DNA from: Ignavibacteria bacterium
Lineage (GTDB): Bacteria; Bacteroidota; Ignavibacteria; Ch128b
Direction of reading: 5' to 3'
DNA: 64,000 nucleotides
Assembly (NCBI GenBank): GCA_026415235.1
Contig: JAOAHM010000037.1
Coordinates: forward strand, 2,571-66,570
A model generated the notes under the pieces. That model made no database searches, was not told the origin of the DNA, and saw only the letters and a program-made list of their open reading frames with translations. Below are positions 21,243 through 31,329 of the stretch, in pieces (positions within the stretch are counted from its first letter, which is position 1; every line of letters starts with the position of its first letter). The position numbers and the translations under genes are program-made.

Positions 21243-21860
21243 TCACCTTTGAATGGGAATAAAGGATTTCTGTTCTAAATCGACTGGATAAAGTTCGAGA
21301 TTATCAAACCATGCTCGACCCTTACCAATAAGATTACATTTTATAATTAAATATTTAAGCTCAGGATTTATTGTTCTTACCCAAGTAGTTAAATGTGACC
21401 AATCGTTCGTACCTTTCAGCGTATCACTTGCTGCTATCGCTAAAAGACTATCATTTTTCGAATACAACTCTATACTTAGATAAACTGCTTTTACACTTTC
21501 TGTTCTAATTCTACCATTCAATATCAATTTCTTTTCTTTGGGAAAATTTGAAATGGTTTGAGAAAAAGATAAACTCAAAGTGTCAATCTCAGATGTAATG
21601 TTTGCGCTGAAATTGCCTTCAAATTTTACCAAATCATCTATAAGTGAAAAATATTTTGATTGATTATTGAAATCAACTTTCCAATAAGAAAAATCTCCCC
21701 TTTCAAAATTTGAGTTTTTAAGAATGTTGCGAGTATAATCCACCTCGTCGAATTTTTCTTCGATTTCTTCTTTCTTACCAGATAAAAAAATTGCAATAAC
21801 AACAATTACCGAAGCGGCGAATATCAACAATAAGACTAAAAATTTTTTACTGCTTTTCAT
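21243..21860 (-). CDS. membrane-anchored hypothetical protein with CBM4/9-like carbohydrate-binding fold
   Basis: N-terminal TM; NSNFERGDFSYW ... WFDNLELYP resemble CBM_4_9 edge motifs. Confidence 0.4.
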   Translation of the reverse strand: MKSSKKFLVLLLIFAASVIVVIAIFLSGKKEEIEEKFDEVDYTRNILKNSNFERGDFSYWKVDFNNQSKYFSLIDDLVKFEGNFSANITSEIDTLSLSFSQTISNFPKEKKLILNGRIRTESVKAVYLSIELYSKNDSLLAIAASDTLKGTNDWSHLTTWVRTINPELKYLIIKCNLIGKGRAWFDNLELYPVDLEQKSFIPIQR

Positions 21861-21920
21861 TATGAAATCATTATGATTAATTTTACAAACAAATTTATTT
21901 AATATTCTGATTAGATTTTT

Positions 21921-22745
21921 ATGGCGAAACTTTCACTCATTATCTCGTTTTATAATCGTATTGATTATCTAAAGCTTGTTTTTGCTGGTTTGGAAATTCA
22001 AACCTTCTCAGACTTTGAGGTGATAATTGCAGACGATGGTTCAAATGAAAATGTCGTTAATCAATTACAAAGCCTAATCAAAAAATTAAATTTCCCTGTA
22101 AAACACATTTGGCAGGAAGATAAAGGATTCAGAAAAAATAAAATTTTAAATAAAGCAATTCTTACAAGCGAAACTGACTATCTTGTCTTCATTGATGGTG
22201 ATTGTATTCCTCATTCTGAGTTTTTGAAAGAACATTTCTTCAATCGTGAAGAAAAAATTTGCTTAACTGGTCGAAGAGTTAATCTATCAAAAAAAATAAC
22301 CGATAAACTCACTGAAGAACTTATTAAGAATAAATTTTTGGAAAGAAACTCTCTTTTACTTTTTTTTGACAGCATATTTGGTGAGACTGTTGATTTTGAA
22401 AAAAGCATTTATCTCAAATCGACTTTGTTTAGAAATTTTGTAAATAAAAAAAATCGTGGGCTTCTTGGATGTAATTTTTCAATCCACAAAAAAGATATTA
22501 TTGAAGTAAACGGATTTGATGAAAGATATATTTATCCTTCAATTGGAGAAGATAGCGATTTACAATTTCGACTCGAGTTGAACGGTGTAAAGATTAAATC
22601 TTTAAACAACATAGCAATTCAATATCATCTATATCACAAGTTGCAAGATAGAAGAGAAGAAAATCTTCTCCTCTTTGAGCAAGTGAAAAATTCTCAAATA
22701 GCTTTTACACCATACGGAATTAAAAAATCAATTGTGTCTGATTGA
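21921..22745 (+). CDS. glycosyltransferase family 2 (GT-A fold)
   Basis: LSLIISFYNR, EVIIADDGS, IDGDCIP (DxD). Confidence 0.8.
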   Translation: MAKLSLIISFYNRIDYLKLVFAGLEIQTFSDFEVIIADDGSNENVVNQLQSLIKKLNFPVKHIWQEDKGFRKNKILNKAILTSETDYLVFIDGDCIPHSEFLKEHFFNREEKICLTGRRVNLSKKITDKLTEELIKNKFLERNSLLLFFDSIFGETVDFEKSIYLKSTLFRNFVNKKNRGLLGCNFSIHKKDIIEVNGFDERYIYPSIGEDSDLQFRLELNGVKIKSLNNIAIQYHLYHKLQDRREENLLLFEQVKNSQIAFTPYGIKKSIVSD

Positions 22746-23810
22746 TAATATATCACCATCCTTGACAATATATTCTTTTCCTTCCAATCGCCATGCTCCG
22801 TGTTCTTTGGCTTTTGCGAAAGAACCATATTTAATAAAATCGTCATAATGAACAACTTCAGCTCGAATGAACTTATTGTAAAAATCAGTATGAATTTCTC
22901 CAGCTGCCTCTTGTGCATTCATACCTTTACGAATTGTCCAAGCACGAACTTCATCTTCGCCAACTGTGAAAAATGATTGGAGTCCAAGCAAATCGTAAGA
23001 TTCTCTAATTAATTTTGTTAGTGCCGATTCTTTAATACCATATTCTTCCATAAAAGCCTTTGCTTCTTCATCAGAGAGTTCTGAAAGCTCCATTTCGATT
23101 TTTCCGTAGAAAGCAAGTGCTCTTGTGTTCTTCGAAATTTTTTTCTTAATCAGTATGTCAAAGAATTGGTCTTCTTTGTTAATGTATTTTTCATCTAAGT
23201 TCAAAGCAATTAACATTGGTTTAAGCGACAAAAGTTGATAAGCTCGAAGAAGTTTAATTTCATCTTTTGATAAATCAGCATCACGAAGTGGAATTTCTTT
23301 ATTCAAATAATCTAAGCATTTTTCAAGAACAGGAATTTCCTTTTTTAAATTTTCGTCCTGCGTTTTTTGAATCTGTTTTTTGATTTTCTCAAGTCGATTC
23401 TCTATTACAGATAAATCTGAAATTATAAACTCCGTTTCGAATGTATTAATATCTCGCATCATATCAATCGAACCATATGGATGGGGAGCAAATTCATTTT
23501 CAAACAAACGAACAACTTGAACTAATGCATCATTCGTTCTAACTTTTGCTAAAAAGTTATTCGTAAATTGCGCCGAACCAGTTTCCCCTTTCTGAAGTCC
23601 TACAACATCAACTATTTCAATTGTAGCGTTCACTTTTCTTTTTGGTTTAAAAATTTCATTTAGTTTATCTAATCTTTCGTCAGGTACTTTAATCACTGCT
23701 TGATGTGTTTCTCCTCTTGATGCTGAATTAGGGTCAATGTGTGTTTTTGTTAAAGTTTGAAATAAAGTTGTTTTGCCAGAAAGTGGTAAACCGACTATTC
23801 CAATTTGCAT
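22728..23810 (-). CDS. ychF: ribosome-binding ATPase YchF (Obg-family, C-terminal TGS domain)
   Basis: GIVGLPLSGKTTLF, EVRAWTI, AAGEIHTDFYNKFIRAE, YIVKDGDI. Confidence 0.9.
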   Translation of the reverse strand: MQIGIVGLPLSGKTTLFQTLTKTHIDPNSASRGETHQAVIKVPDERLDKLNEIFKPKRKVNATIEIVDVVGLQKGETGSAQFTNNFLAKVRTNDALVQVVRLFENEFAPHPYGSIDMMRDINTFETEFIISDLSVIENRLEKIKKQIQKTQDENLKKEIPVLEKCLDYLNKEIPLRDADLSKDEIKLLRAYQLLSLKPMLIALNLDEKYINKEDQFFDILIKKKISKNTRALAFYGKIEMELSELSDEEAKAFMEEYGIKESALTKLIRESYDLLGLQSFFTVGEDEVRAWTIRKGMNAQEAAGEIHTDFYNKFIRAEVVHYDDFIKYGSFAKAKEHGAWRLEGKEYIVKDGDILSIRHN

Positions 23811-23904
23811 TTTATCTCCAATTTTAAATGATTTAAAATGAACTGTTTGAGATTGTGTCTCTAAATAGATTTGAAATTCAATACAAAGATATTCATGATG
23901 ATTT

Positions 23905-23952
23905 GTTATAACAAAAGAACGACCTGCGCCTTAATAAAAGACACAGGTCGTC
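23905..23952 (-). terminator. putative Rho-independent terminator downstream of the SGNH-hydrolase gene
   Basis: acgacctg...caggtcgt 8-bp stem, then a T-rich run (tcttttgtt) on the minus strand. Confidence 0.5.
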
Positions 23953-23975
23953 AAAGGAGGGTTAATTAGGCTAAA

Positions 23976-25259
23976 CTAAAAAAGCAAATTATCCAATGCA
24001 CCTTTTGGAATTTGAGGCAATTTCGAGGGGTCATATTTTCTTAAAATTAAACTTCCAGGTATTGTCGAAACATTTATATAAGGAATATTTGCACCCCATT
24101 TCTGGTTAATCACTTTTATAAATTCATTCGCAATAATTGCATAACCACGACTTGTTGGATGAACACCATCAAGACTGAAAAGTCCACCCGTAACAAATTG
24201 GGTTGTAAATCTTATTCCATTAACTGTAATTCCTGTTCTTGCGCTATTCAGTAATGCATTTGCATCAACAAGTCCAAAACCTTTTGAACTTGCAACGCTC
24301 GAAATTACAGAATTGTACTGGTTAATGATGCTTCTAACAGTAACTGCCTCAGCGGAATCTAAAACGACATTATTTGGGAGAGGATTAGTTCGCGATGTTC
24401 CTCTTCCTTGATTAATCAAATCAATCGCTCTTAGTGTTAGATAATTTGTCTCTAAGCTCGCAGGAACTACATCTCCAGTACCTCTTTCAATCCAAACTGC
24501 TGTAATTCCTTGAGCTCTAAGAGTTTGACCAACTGTTGTAAAGAATGGAATTGAAGTTACATCAGGAATATTTGCAACTACAACTTTTGCACCTGTATTT
24601 GCTAATTCATTTGCTAATGCATTATACAAAGCTGTGAAATTTGCAACTGGTGTAAATGGAACCGTTCCACCACTTGTTGCATGACCTAAGATATCATTAT
24701 TTCCTATCCATAAAGTGATTAATTTCGGATTCAAAGCTTTCGCTTGATTAAGCATTGTACCCTGACCACGCAAAACTAAATCAAACAAAGGATTCGCTTG
24801 ACCACCAAATACATACGAATAACAAGTTGTACTGCTTGTAGCATTTGCAATATCATACAAGAATGCACCTGGTACTGCGAGATTGTTATATGGGCGATTT
24901 AATCCAGTATTCTTTGGTTGACCTTGATTTGTATTCGTGTACAATTGAATTCCTGTAGCAGTTAATGCTTGAACCTCAAGTCTTCCACCAGTTCCTGGGT
25001 CAGAAACAATCGGCTGTTCAAATGGGACACCAACTTGATTAGCAATTAATTTTCCATAAGAATAAATTTGAGCTGATTCATACAATGCACCATTCTGATA
25101 ACCAGCTGTTAAACTATTTCCAAGAGTTACAAAGCTTGAAAAGTCAACTGAGCCAGTTGATGGTGGTGCTGGTGGAGCAAGCTCGCTTCGGTCTTCGCAA
25201 CCTATTGCGAGTAATGCTATAATTACTAAAAATATGCTTAAAACTTTTTTCATTTTCAT
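23976..25259 (-). CDS. secreted SGNH/GDSL-family hydrolase lipoprotein (esterase/lipase-like)
   Basis: Lipobox LLAIGC; LWIGNNDILG (block III) and SLDGVHPTSRGY (block V DxxH). Confidence 0.7.
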   Translation of the reverse strand: MKMKKVLSIFLVIIALLAIGCEDRSELAPPAPPSTGSVDFSSFVTLGNSLTAGYQNGALYESAQIYSYGKLIANQVGVPFEQPIVSDPGTGGRLEVQALTATGIQLYTNTNQGQPKNTGLNRPYNNLAVPGAFLYDIANATSSTTCYSYVFGGQANPLFDLVLRGQGTMLNQAKALNPKLITLWIGNNDILGHATSGGTVPFTPVANFTALYNALANELANTGAKVVVANIPDVTSIPFFTTVGQTLRAQGITAVWIERGTGDVVPASLETNYLTLRAIDLINQGRGTSRTNPLPNNVVLDSAEAVTVRSIINQYNSVISSVASSKGFGLVDANALLNSARTGITVNGIRFTTQFVTGGLFSLDGVHPTSRGYAIIANEFIKVINQKWGANIPYINVSTIPGSLILRKYDPSKLPQIPKGALDNLLF

Positions 25260-25272
25260 CTCCTTTCTCTAA

Positions 25273-26499
25273 TTAAAAATTATAACTTACATTAAATCCA
25301 AAGAGATGTGTAGTTGTATTATAGGTTCCATTGAATGGAGAATTTCCAGCGTAATATACTTTTGAGTTTGAAATGGTTCTTTCAGCAACTCTTAAAAACA
25401 TATATGATACATCAATCTTAATATTTTTCATCTTATAGCCCGCACCTAAGGTAAAACCTAATCTATCTGAATCTGGTAGTGTTGGATCAACATATTCATC
25501 TCTTATTGGGTTTTTGTCAAAGAGCATTCCTGCTCTTAAATCTAAATTAGAGAGGAGACTGTATTCACCGCCAAATCGAAGGATGTAAGAATCAAACCAA
25601 TTCTTTGGTGTACTAATATCAGGATATTTTGGATCAACAAAATCAACTTTTAAATCTTTATATGAAGACCAAGTTACATATTGCAGAGAAGCTGCAAGTA
25701 ATAATTCAGGCATTACACGATATGCAACTCCAAAATTGAAGTTTTGAGGTGTAGTAACTTCAGTTTTAACATCGCCTTGTGGAAGTTGTGATTGCAATTG
25801 GGCTGGACCAGTTGTTTCGGCTGTACCATTAAATGAAAGTTTTACATCACCTCGATAAGAGAAGCCAATTGATAAATCTTTTAATGGTTTAGCAAGGACA
25901 CCAAAACGATATCCAAAGCCATTACCATTACCTTCAAGTTTTACATTTGCTTCGCCTGCAAATGGAGAGATATCAACTTTTCTTTTAAGTAAAACTTGTC
26001 CGTAGACAAAATCTAAACCCCAGCCTACAGAAATATCTTCTGTTATTTTGTAAGAAATTGTTGGAGTAAAGAAGAAAGTTCTTAATCTTGTTTCAGTTGC
26101 AATGTATCTTCCTACCCAATCTTCAGGCCATTTGGTACCAAGACCAAAAGGATTATTTAATCCAAAACCTACTGTTAAATCTTTAGTTAATTGATAACTC
26201 GCATATAGGTTTATTGGATAAAATATTTGACGAACCATTTTTGACTCAGCAACACTTGGTGCTGGACCTCTAAAAGAAGTTCTTGGTGCTATGAAAGTTG
26301 CACCCAACATTACATTAAAACCCCTTAACTGTGTTAATCCTGCTGGGTTGAAGTAAATAGCTGAGGGGTCGTTTGCAACTGCGATGAACGCACCACCCAT
26401 ACCCATCGCTCGTGAACCATGTTCGTTCACTTGAAATCCGCCTGCATTAATTAAAGTATGGGTGAGAATAAGGAGAGCAATTGTTAGAAGTTTTTTCAT
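25273..26499 (-). CDS. fadL: FadL/TodX-family outer-membrane hydrophobic-compound (long-chain fatty acid) transporter
   Basis: N-terminal GGFQVNEHGSRAMGMGGAFIAVANDPSAIYFNPAGL; C-terminal LFGFNVSYNF. Confidence 0.8.
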   Translation of the reverse strand: MKKLLTIALLILTHTLINAGGFQVNEHGSRAMGMGGAFIAVANDPSAIYFNPAGLTQLRGFNVMLGATFIAPRTSFRGPAPSVAESKMVRQIFYPINLYASYQLTKDLTVGFGLNNPFGLGTKWPEDWVGRYIATETRLRTFFFTPTISYKITEDISVGWGLDFVYGQVLLKRKVDISPFAGEANVKLEGNGNGFGYRFGVLAKPLKDLSIGFSYRGDVKLSFNGTAETTGPAQLQSQLPQGDVKTEVTTPQNFNFGVAYRVMPELLLAASLQYVTWSSYKDLKVDFVDPKYPDISTPKNWFDSYILRFGGEYSLLSNLDLRAGMLFDKNPIRDEYVDPTLPDSDRLGFTLGAGYKMKNIKIDVSYMFLRVAERTISNSKVYYAGNSPFNGTYNTTTHLFGFNVSYNF

Positions 26500-26728
26500 T
26501 TATCCTCCATAATTTTTTTACCTACAATAATAGTTAAGATATTTAATAAAAGTCAAACAATAACCCGTGTAAATTTTTCGAAGTTGTTCCTTCAATTTGT
26601 GAATTATTATTGCTTTATCTATCTAAATGAAATTTTTATTAGTTTGGATTATTGTGAGTAAGAGATAAAAACTATTTATTTAATTATTATTTGAACGACA
26701 ATAAAACCATTTGAATTTTAGAAAAACT

Positions 26729-28381
26729 CTACTTGCAAACCTGCCTAAAAACTCTCAAGAAATTTTCGCCATAAATTTTTCGAATATCCGAAATTGAATA
26801 TCCTCTTCTTAAAAGCGCTTCTGTAAGATTTGGAAATTTGGAAACATCTTCCAAACCAACCACTACTCTCTCAATACCATCAAAATCGGAACCAAGAGCT
26901 ATGTAATCAATCCCAACTAAATTTTTTATATGCTCAATATGAGCAATTACATGACTAATATTCGCAGTTGAGGCTGATGTTAAATAAGGAGGATAAAAAA
27001 TAACTCCAATAACCCCACCTTTCTGTGCAATTTTAATTATTTGTTGATCAGTTAAATTTCGGTAATGATTACGAAGTGTCCTTGCTCCAGAATGACTTGC
27101 AATGATTGGATTATTCGTAGTTTCTAAAATATCATCTATTGTTTTTGGTCCAACATGAGAGACATCTATTATCATTCCAAGGGAATCCATACGACGAATA
27201 ACTTGTCTACCAAACTCGGATAATCCTTTCGTAGATGCCTGAGGGTCTTGTGCTGATGTTGCCCAACTTGTGGAATTATTCCATGTGATTGTTAAATATC
27301 TTACACCTAAATTATAAAGTGAATCCAACTTTTGAAGATTATCTTCTATTGCATGTCCACCTTCAACACATAAAACAGCTGCAAATTTTCTAATCTTGGT
27401 AAGACTATCAATTTCTCTTGAACTCCTCGCCTGAGCAAAAATCGAATTGTATTTATTCAATTGAACTTTAAATGAATCTATCATTTTCAAAGTTTGTTGA
27501 AATGGATTATTAGGATATGAAGTTGGACTAACCCACAAAGCCATGAACTGAACATCAACTCCACCTTTATAAAATCTTGGCAAATCAGAATGATTAATCG
27601 AATTCAAAATTCCAATGTCATATCCCTGGACAACTTTTTCTAAAACATCGTTGTGTAAATCAATTAATGTGACATAAGAATGAACCGTCTCAAGATTAAA
27701 TATTAATTGATGATTTTGGGAATTGTCAATCTCAATTGTATCATGTACATATAGAAATCTTGAAGCTATGAGATAAAATGAAGTAATTGTGTTCTTATAA
27801 ATCTTTGTTGTAAAATTTTGATTTGAAAATATTTTCAATCCACTACCATCAACATAATCCAGTTGAACAATTTTTTTTACAGAAGTTTTTCCCTTGTACT
27901 TAATCACAATAAAATAGATTCCTGCACTTCCTTTTCCATCATAAGAAATTCTATGACGACCTTGAGATAAAATGAAGGTTTTCTGGTCAATCAATTTCCC
28001 TAACAAGTTATATACTTCAACAGTTACTGCATCTGATGATGGTAGATAAACTTCAATATTAACAGATGGATTAAAAGGATTTGGATAAGGATTGGAAATG
28101 TAAAAATCTTTTATTGGTTGACCTTCATTCTGAGATGCTAAAATGAAAGAAAAGAAACCTGATTGATTTGCAAAAAATGTATCTCTTTGTGCAAGATTAT
28201 TTTTATTAATTAAAATTAGATACGCAGAGTCAAGTCCACTTCCAGTTTGTTTATCACGGATTACTCCACTTATCGTAACCGATTGAGGATATAATTGAGC
28301 AGTAATTATTAAAATTAATATTAAGATTATCTTTCTCACGCAAACAAAATAAATTATTTTAGAAAAAATTAAAACAATCAC
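26729..28381 (-). CDS. membrane dipeptidase (peptidase family M19) with N-terminal CarboxypepD_reg-like domain and an internally located T9SS C-terminal-sorting-domain-like module
   Basis: Residues ~95-175 (NPYPNPFNPSVNIEVYLPSSDAVTVEVYNLLGK...GIYFIVIK) closely match the bona fide T9SS CTD of the GH57 protein in this window. The M19 blocks IDLHNDVL, HVGPKTIDDIL and IALGSDFDG follow. Confidence 0.75.
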   Translation of the reverse strand: MIVLIFSKIIYFVCVRKIILILILIITAQLYPQSVTISGVIRDKQTGSGLDSAYLILINKNNLAQRDTFFANQSGFFSFILASQNEGQPIKDFYISNPYPNPFNPSVNIEVYLPSSDAVTVEVYNLLGKLIDQKTFILSQGRHRISYDGKGSAGIYFIVIKYKGKTSVKKIVQLDYVDGSGLKIFSNQNFTTKIYKNTITSFYLIASRFLYVHDTIEIDNSQNHQLIFNLETVHSYVTLIDLHNDVLEKVVQGYDIGILNSINHSDLPRFYKGGVDVQFMALWVSPTSYPNNPFQQTLKMIDSFKVQLNKYNSIFAQARSSREIDSLTKIRKFAAVLCVEGGHAIEDNLQKLDSLYNLGVRYLTITWNNSTSWATSAQDPQASTKGLSEFGRQVIRRMDSLGMIIDVSHVGPKTIDDILETTNNPIIASHSGARTLRNHYRNLTDQQIIKIAQKGGVIGVIFYPPYLTSASTANISHVIAHIEHIKNLVGIDYIALGSDFDGIERVVVGLEDVSKFPNLTEALLRRGYSISDIRKIYGENFLRVFRQVCK

Positions 28382-28502
28382 TTAGCTCAATTTGTTTTGA
28401 GTAATTGAAATCTGTTTTTTTACAAACTAAAAAACATTTTTTGATTTACTTATTTTTGTTTACGATTAACAGAAAAATCAATAACAAAAGAAAGGTGTTT
28501 TT

Positions 28503-29888
28503 ATGAAAATAAAATTTGGAACTGATGGTTGGCGTGGCGTAATCTCAGACGATTTTACTTTTGAAAATTTAATAACAGTTTCTTTAGCAACTGCTAAATA
28601 TTTTTCAACTCATCCAAAGATTCAAAATGGAATTGTTGTTGGATACGATGCAAGGTTTTTATCTGATGAATATGGAAAACTTGTAGCTCGTGTCTTAGCA
28701 TCAAAAGGAATTAAAGTCATACTCGCCGATAAAATGGTTACTTCTCCAATGGTTTCGCTTGCTGCAAAAAATATGAATCTTGCTGGCGGTGTAATGATTA
28801 CAGCTTCACATAATCCTCCAAAATATAATGGATTTAAAATCAAAGGAGATTTCGGAGGCTCTGCTCATCCTGAGATGGTTGCAGAAGTTGAAAAAGAGTT
28901 AAACAATGTAGAGAAGAATTTTGAACCAGAAGATTTTCAAACTTTGATTGATAAAGGATTAATCGTTCTTACAGACTTAAGAAAGTATTACAAAGACTAT
29001 ATAGTCAATAAATTCGATATAGATAAAATTAAAAACTCAGGATTAAAAATTATTTACGATTCAATGTATGGTTCAGGCCAGGGATTTATGAAAGAATTAT
29101 TGGGCATTGATGAACTTCACGACGAACACAACCCACTTTTTGGTAAAGTTAATCCAGAACCACTTGAAGAAAATTTAGTTGAGCTTTCGCAAACAGTTGT
29201 AAACAAAAATTATGACATTGGTTTAGCTGTCGATGGTGACGCAGATCGTATTGGTGCAATGGATGAAAAAGGAAAATTTGTAGACTCCCACAAAATCTTT
29301 TCTTTATTGCTGAAATATCTTTACGAAAAGAAAAATCTTCGTGGAATGGTGGTTAAAACTTTTTCCACGACAGAAATGCTTAATAAAATGTGTCAAAAAT
29401 ATGGACTTGATATAACAGTTACTCCTGTTGGATTTAAACATGTTTGCAAATTGATGTTAGAAAAAGATGTGTTGATTGGTGGAGAAGAGAGTGGAGGAAT
29501 TGGAGTTAAAATTCATTTACCTGAAAGAGATGGTATTTTCCTTTCGCTCTTACTAATTGAACTATTAATTGATTACAAAAAACCATTAAGCGAACTTGTT
29601 CAATCATTAGAAGATGAATTCGGTCCACACAAGTACAAACGAATTGATATTCACACAACTGAAGAACGAAAACAAGAAATTCTAAACAAATGCAAAAGCG
29701 GAAATATTAAATCTCTTAATGGTTATGATGTTATAAAAGTATCTGATCTTGATGGATACAAATTCTTTGTTGAGAATGGATGGCTGTTAATAAGGGCTTC
29801 TGGAACTGAACCTATCTTAAGATTTTATTCAGAAGCTGATACTCTTGAAAAAGTTGAAAAACTTTTGAACGCTGGTATAAATCTCTAA
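28503..29888 (+). CDS. phosphoglucomutase/phosphomannomutase (alpha-D-phosphohexomutase superfamily)
   Basis: GTDGWRG, TASHNPPKYNGFK (active-site Ser), GEESGG. Confidence 0.85.
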   Translation: MKIKFGTDGWRGVISDDFTFENLITVSLATAKYFSTHPKIQNGIVVGYDARFLSDEYGKLVARVLASKGIKVILADKMVTSPMVSLAAKNMNLAGGVMITASHNPPKYNGFKIKGDFGGSAHPEMVAEVEKELNNVEKNFEPEDFQTLIDKGLIVLTDLRKYYKDYIVNKFDIDKIKNSGLKIIYDSMYGSGQGFMKELLGIDELHDEHNPLFGKVNPEPLEENLVELSQTVVNKNYDIGLAVDGDADRIGAMDEKGKFVDSHKIFSLLLKYLYEKKNLRGMVVKTFSTTEMLNKMCQKYGLDITVTPVGFKHVCKLMLEKDVLIGGEESGGIGVKIHLPERDGIFLSLLLIELLIDYKKPLSELVQSLEDEFGPHKYKRIDIHTTEERKQEILNKCKSGNIKSLNGYDVIKVSDLDGYKFFVENGWLLIRASGTEPILRFYSEADTLEKVEKLLNAGINL

Positions 29889-29985
29889 AAAATTTTTTAT
29901 ACGAGTTAGGAAGTTTTGGTGGAGTCAATAACTCACTTGGCTCCACCACTCTCAATTAAAATTTGTAAAGTCAAAAATAAATCTT

Positions 29986-31005
29986 ATGAAAAATTTTTTG
30001 TTTTATTTATTCCTTTTAATTTTCATTATCCAAAATCAAATAAATGCTTCCCAAAATAAAATTGCTTTAGGAGATGAAAATATATTTTCAGAACTTCATC
30101 GCAATAGAATATTTTATCTAATATCAAATCAAAATTTTCAAAATTTAGATTTTAGCTTTTCAAATAATCAAACAAAAAGCCAGACTAAAAAACAACCGCA
30201 AGACTCAACAAGAATTAAATGGGAATATCTCGGTCCTTTCTTGGGAGGAGTTTTAATCGCTAATGCATCAATTTATTATATCTTCAAAGATGCTTACTGG
30301 AATGAAGAAAGAACTAAATTTCATACATTCAACGACTGGAATAATGCTGATATGAATATTGATAAACTCGGTCATATTTATTCTGGTATTTTATTAACAA
30401 AAGCTTCCTACAAAATTTTCAAAGCCACTAATGTACCTGAAAAACAGTCTATTATTTTTTCGACTCTATCGAGCATTTTCTTTCAAACACAAATTGAAAT
30501 TCATGACGCTTACTACAAAAAATGGGGATGGAGTTGGTGGGATTTTGGTGGTAATGTATTAGGTGCAATATATCCGCATCTTCAAAATGCTGTTAAACCA
30601 TTAAAAGCAATTAACCTTAAATGGAGCTACCATCCTTCACCTGCTTATAAAAAAGGTTGGTATGAGCACTGGATTAAAGACTATGAAGGATTTACTTATT
30701 ATTTGACTTTTGATGTTCATTCAATCCTTCCAAAACCAATTGATAACTTCTGGCCCAGTTGGTTAAATGTTGCCGTTGCTTATGGAGTTGAAAAAGTTAA
30801 ACTTGGAAAAAACATTTGGAACAGTGCCGATAGACCACTTGGAGATCGAGAGTGGTATATTACATTAGATTACTCACTTGTAAAATTAATCAAACCAAAA
30901 TCAAACTTCTTAAGAGAAGTACTTGATTTAATTGACAACTTCCATTTACCCGCACCAGCTGTTAGAATCTCTCCTTCTACAATTTGGTATGGAATCTATT
31001 TTTAA
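29986..31005 (+). CDS. hypothetical secreted Trp-rich protein
   Basis: Signal peptide; KWGWSWWDFGGNVLGAIYP; no recognisable catalytic motif. Confidence 0.45.
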   Translation: MKNFLFYLFLLIFIIQNQINASQNKIALGDENIFSELHRNRIFYLISNQNFQNLDFSFSNNQTKSQTKKQPQDSTRIKWEYLGPFLGGVLIANASIYYIFKDAYWNEERTKFHTFNDWNNADMNIDKLGHIYSGILLTKASYKIFKATNVPEKQSIIFSTLSSIFFQTQIEIHDAYYKKWGWSWWDFGGNVLGAIYPHLQNAVKPLKAINLKWSYHPSPAYKKGWYEHWIKDYEGFTYYLTFDVHSILPKPIDNFWPSWLNVAVAYGVEKVKLGKNIWNSADRPLGDREWYITLDYSLVKLIKPKSNFLREVLDLIDNFHLPAPAVRISPSTIWYGIYF

Positions 31006-31329
31006 TTGGTTTTCTATTTTTGTGTTTATCGAAAACATTCGTAAATATTTTCTAACTCATTAACCTTATTGAAATCACAAATTGAAGAACTCAAGTATAA
31101 CTAAAAAAATTAATCGCAGGCGATTTGATAAAAAGATTTTTGAATAGTACAAAAAGTTTAATCAATACTTCGAAAAAATTTTTTAAAGATTTTTTAAATT
31201 TACTTTTGAAAGAATTGGATTTAATAAATATTTCCAGAGAGTAGAGCTAATTATTTCTCTTTCATTGTCATAAAAAGATTTTTGTTTTATTGAACTATTT
31301 TTTTGTAATCGAATTGAGGGGAGAAAAAA

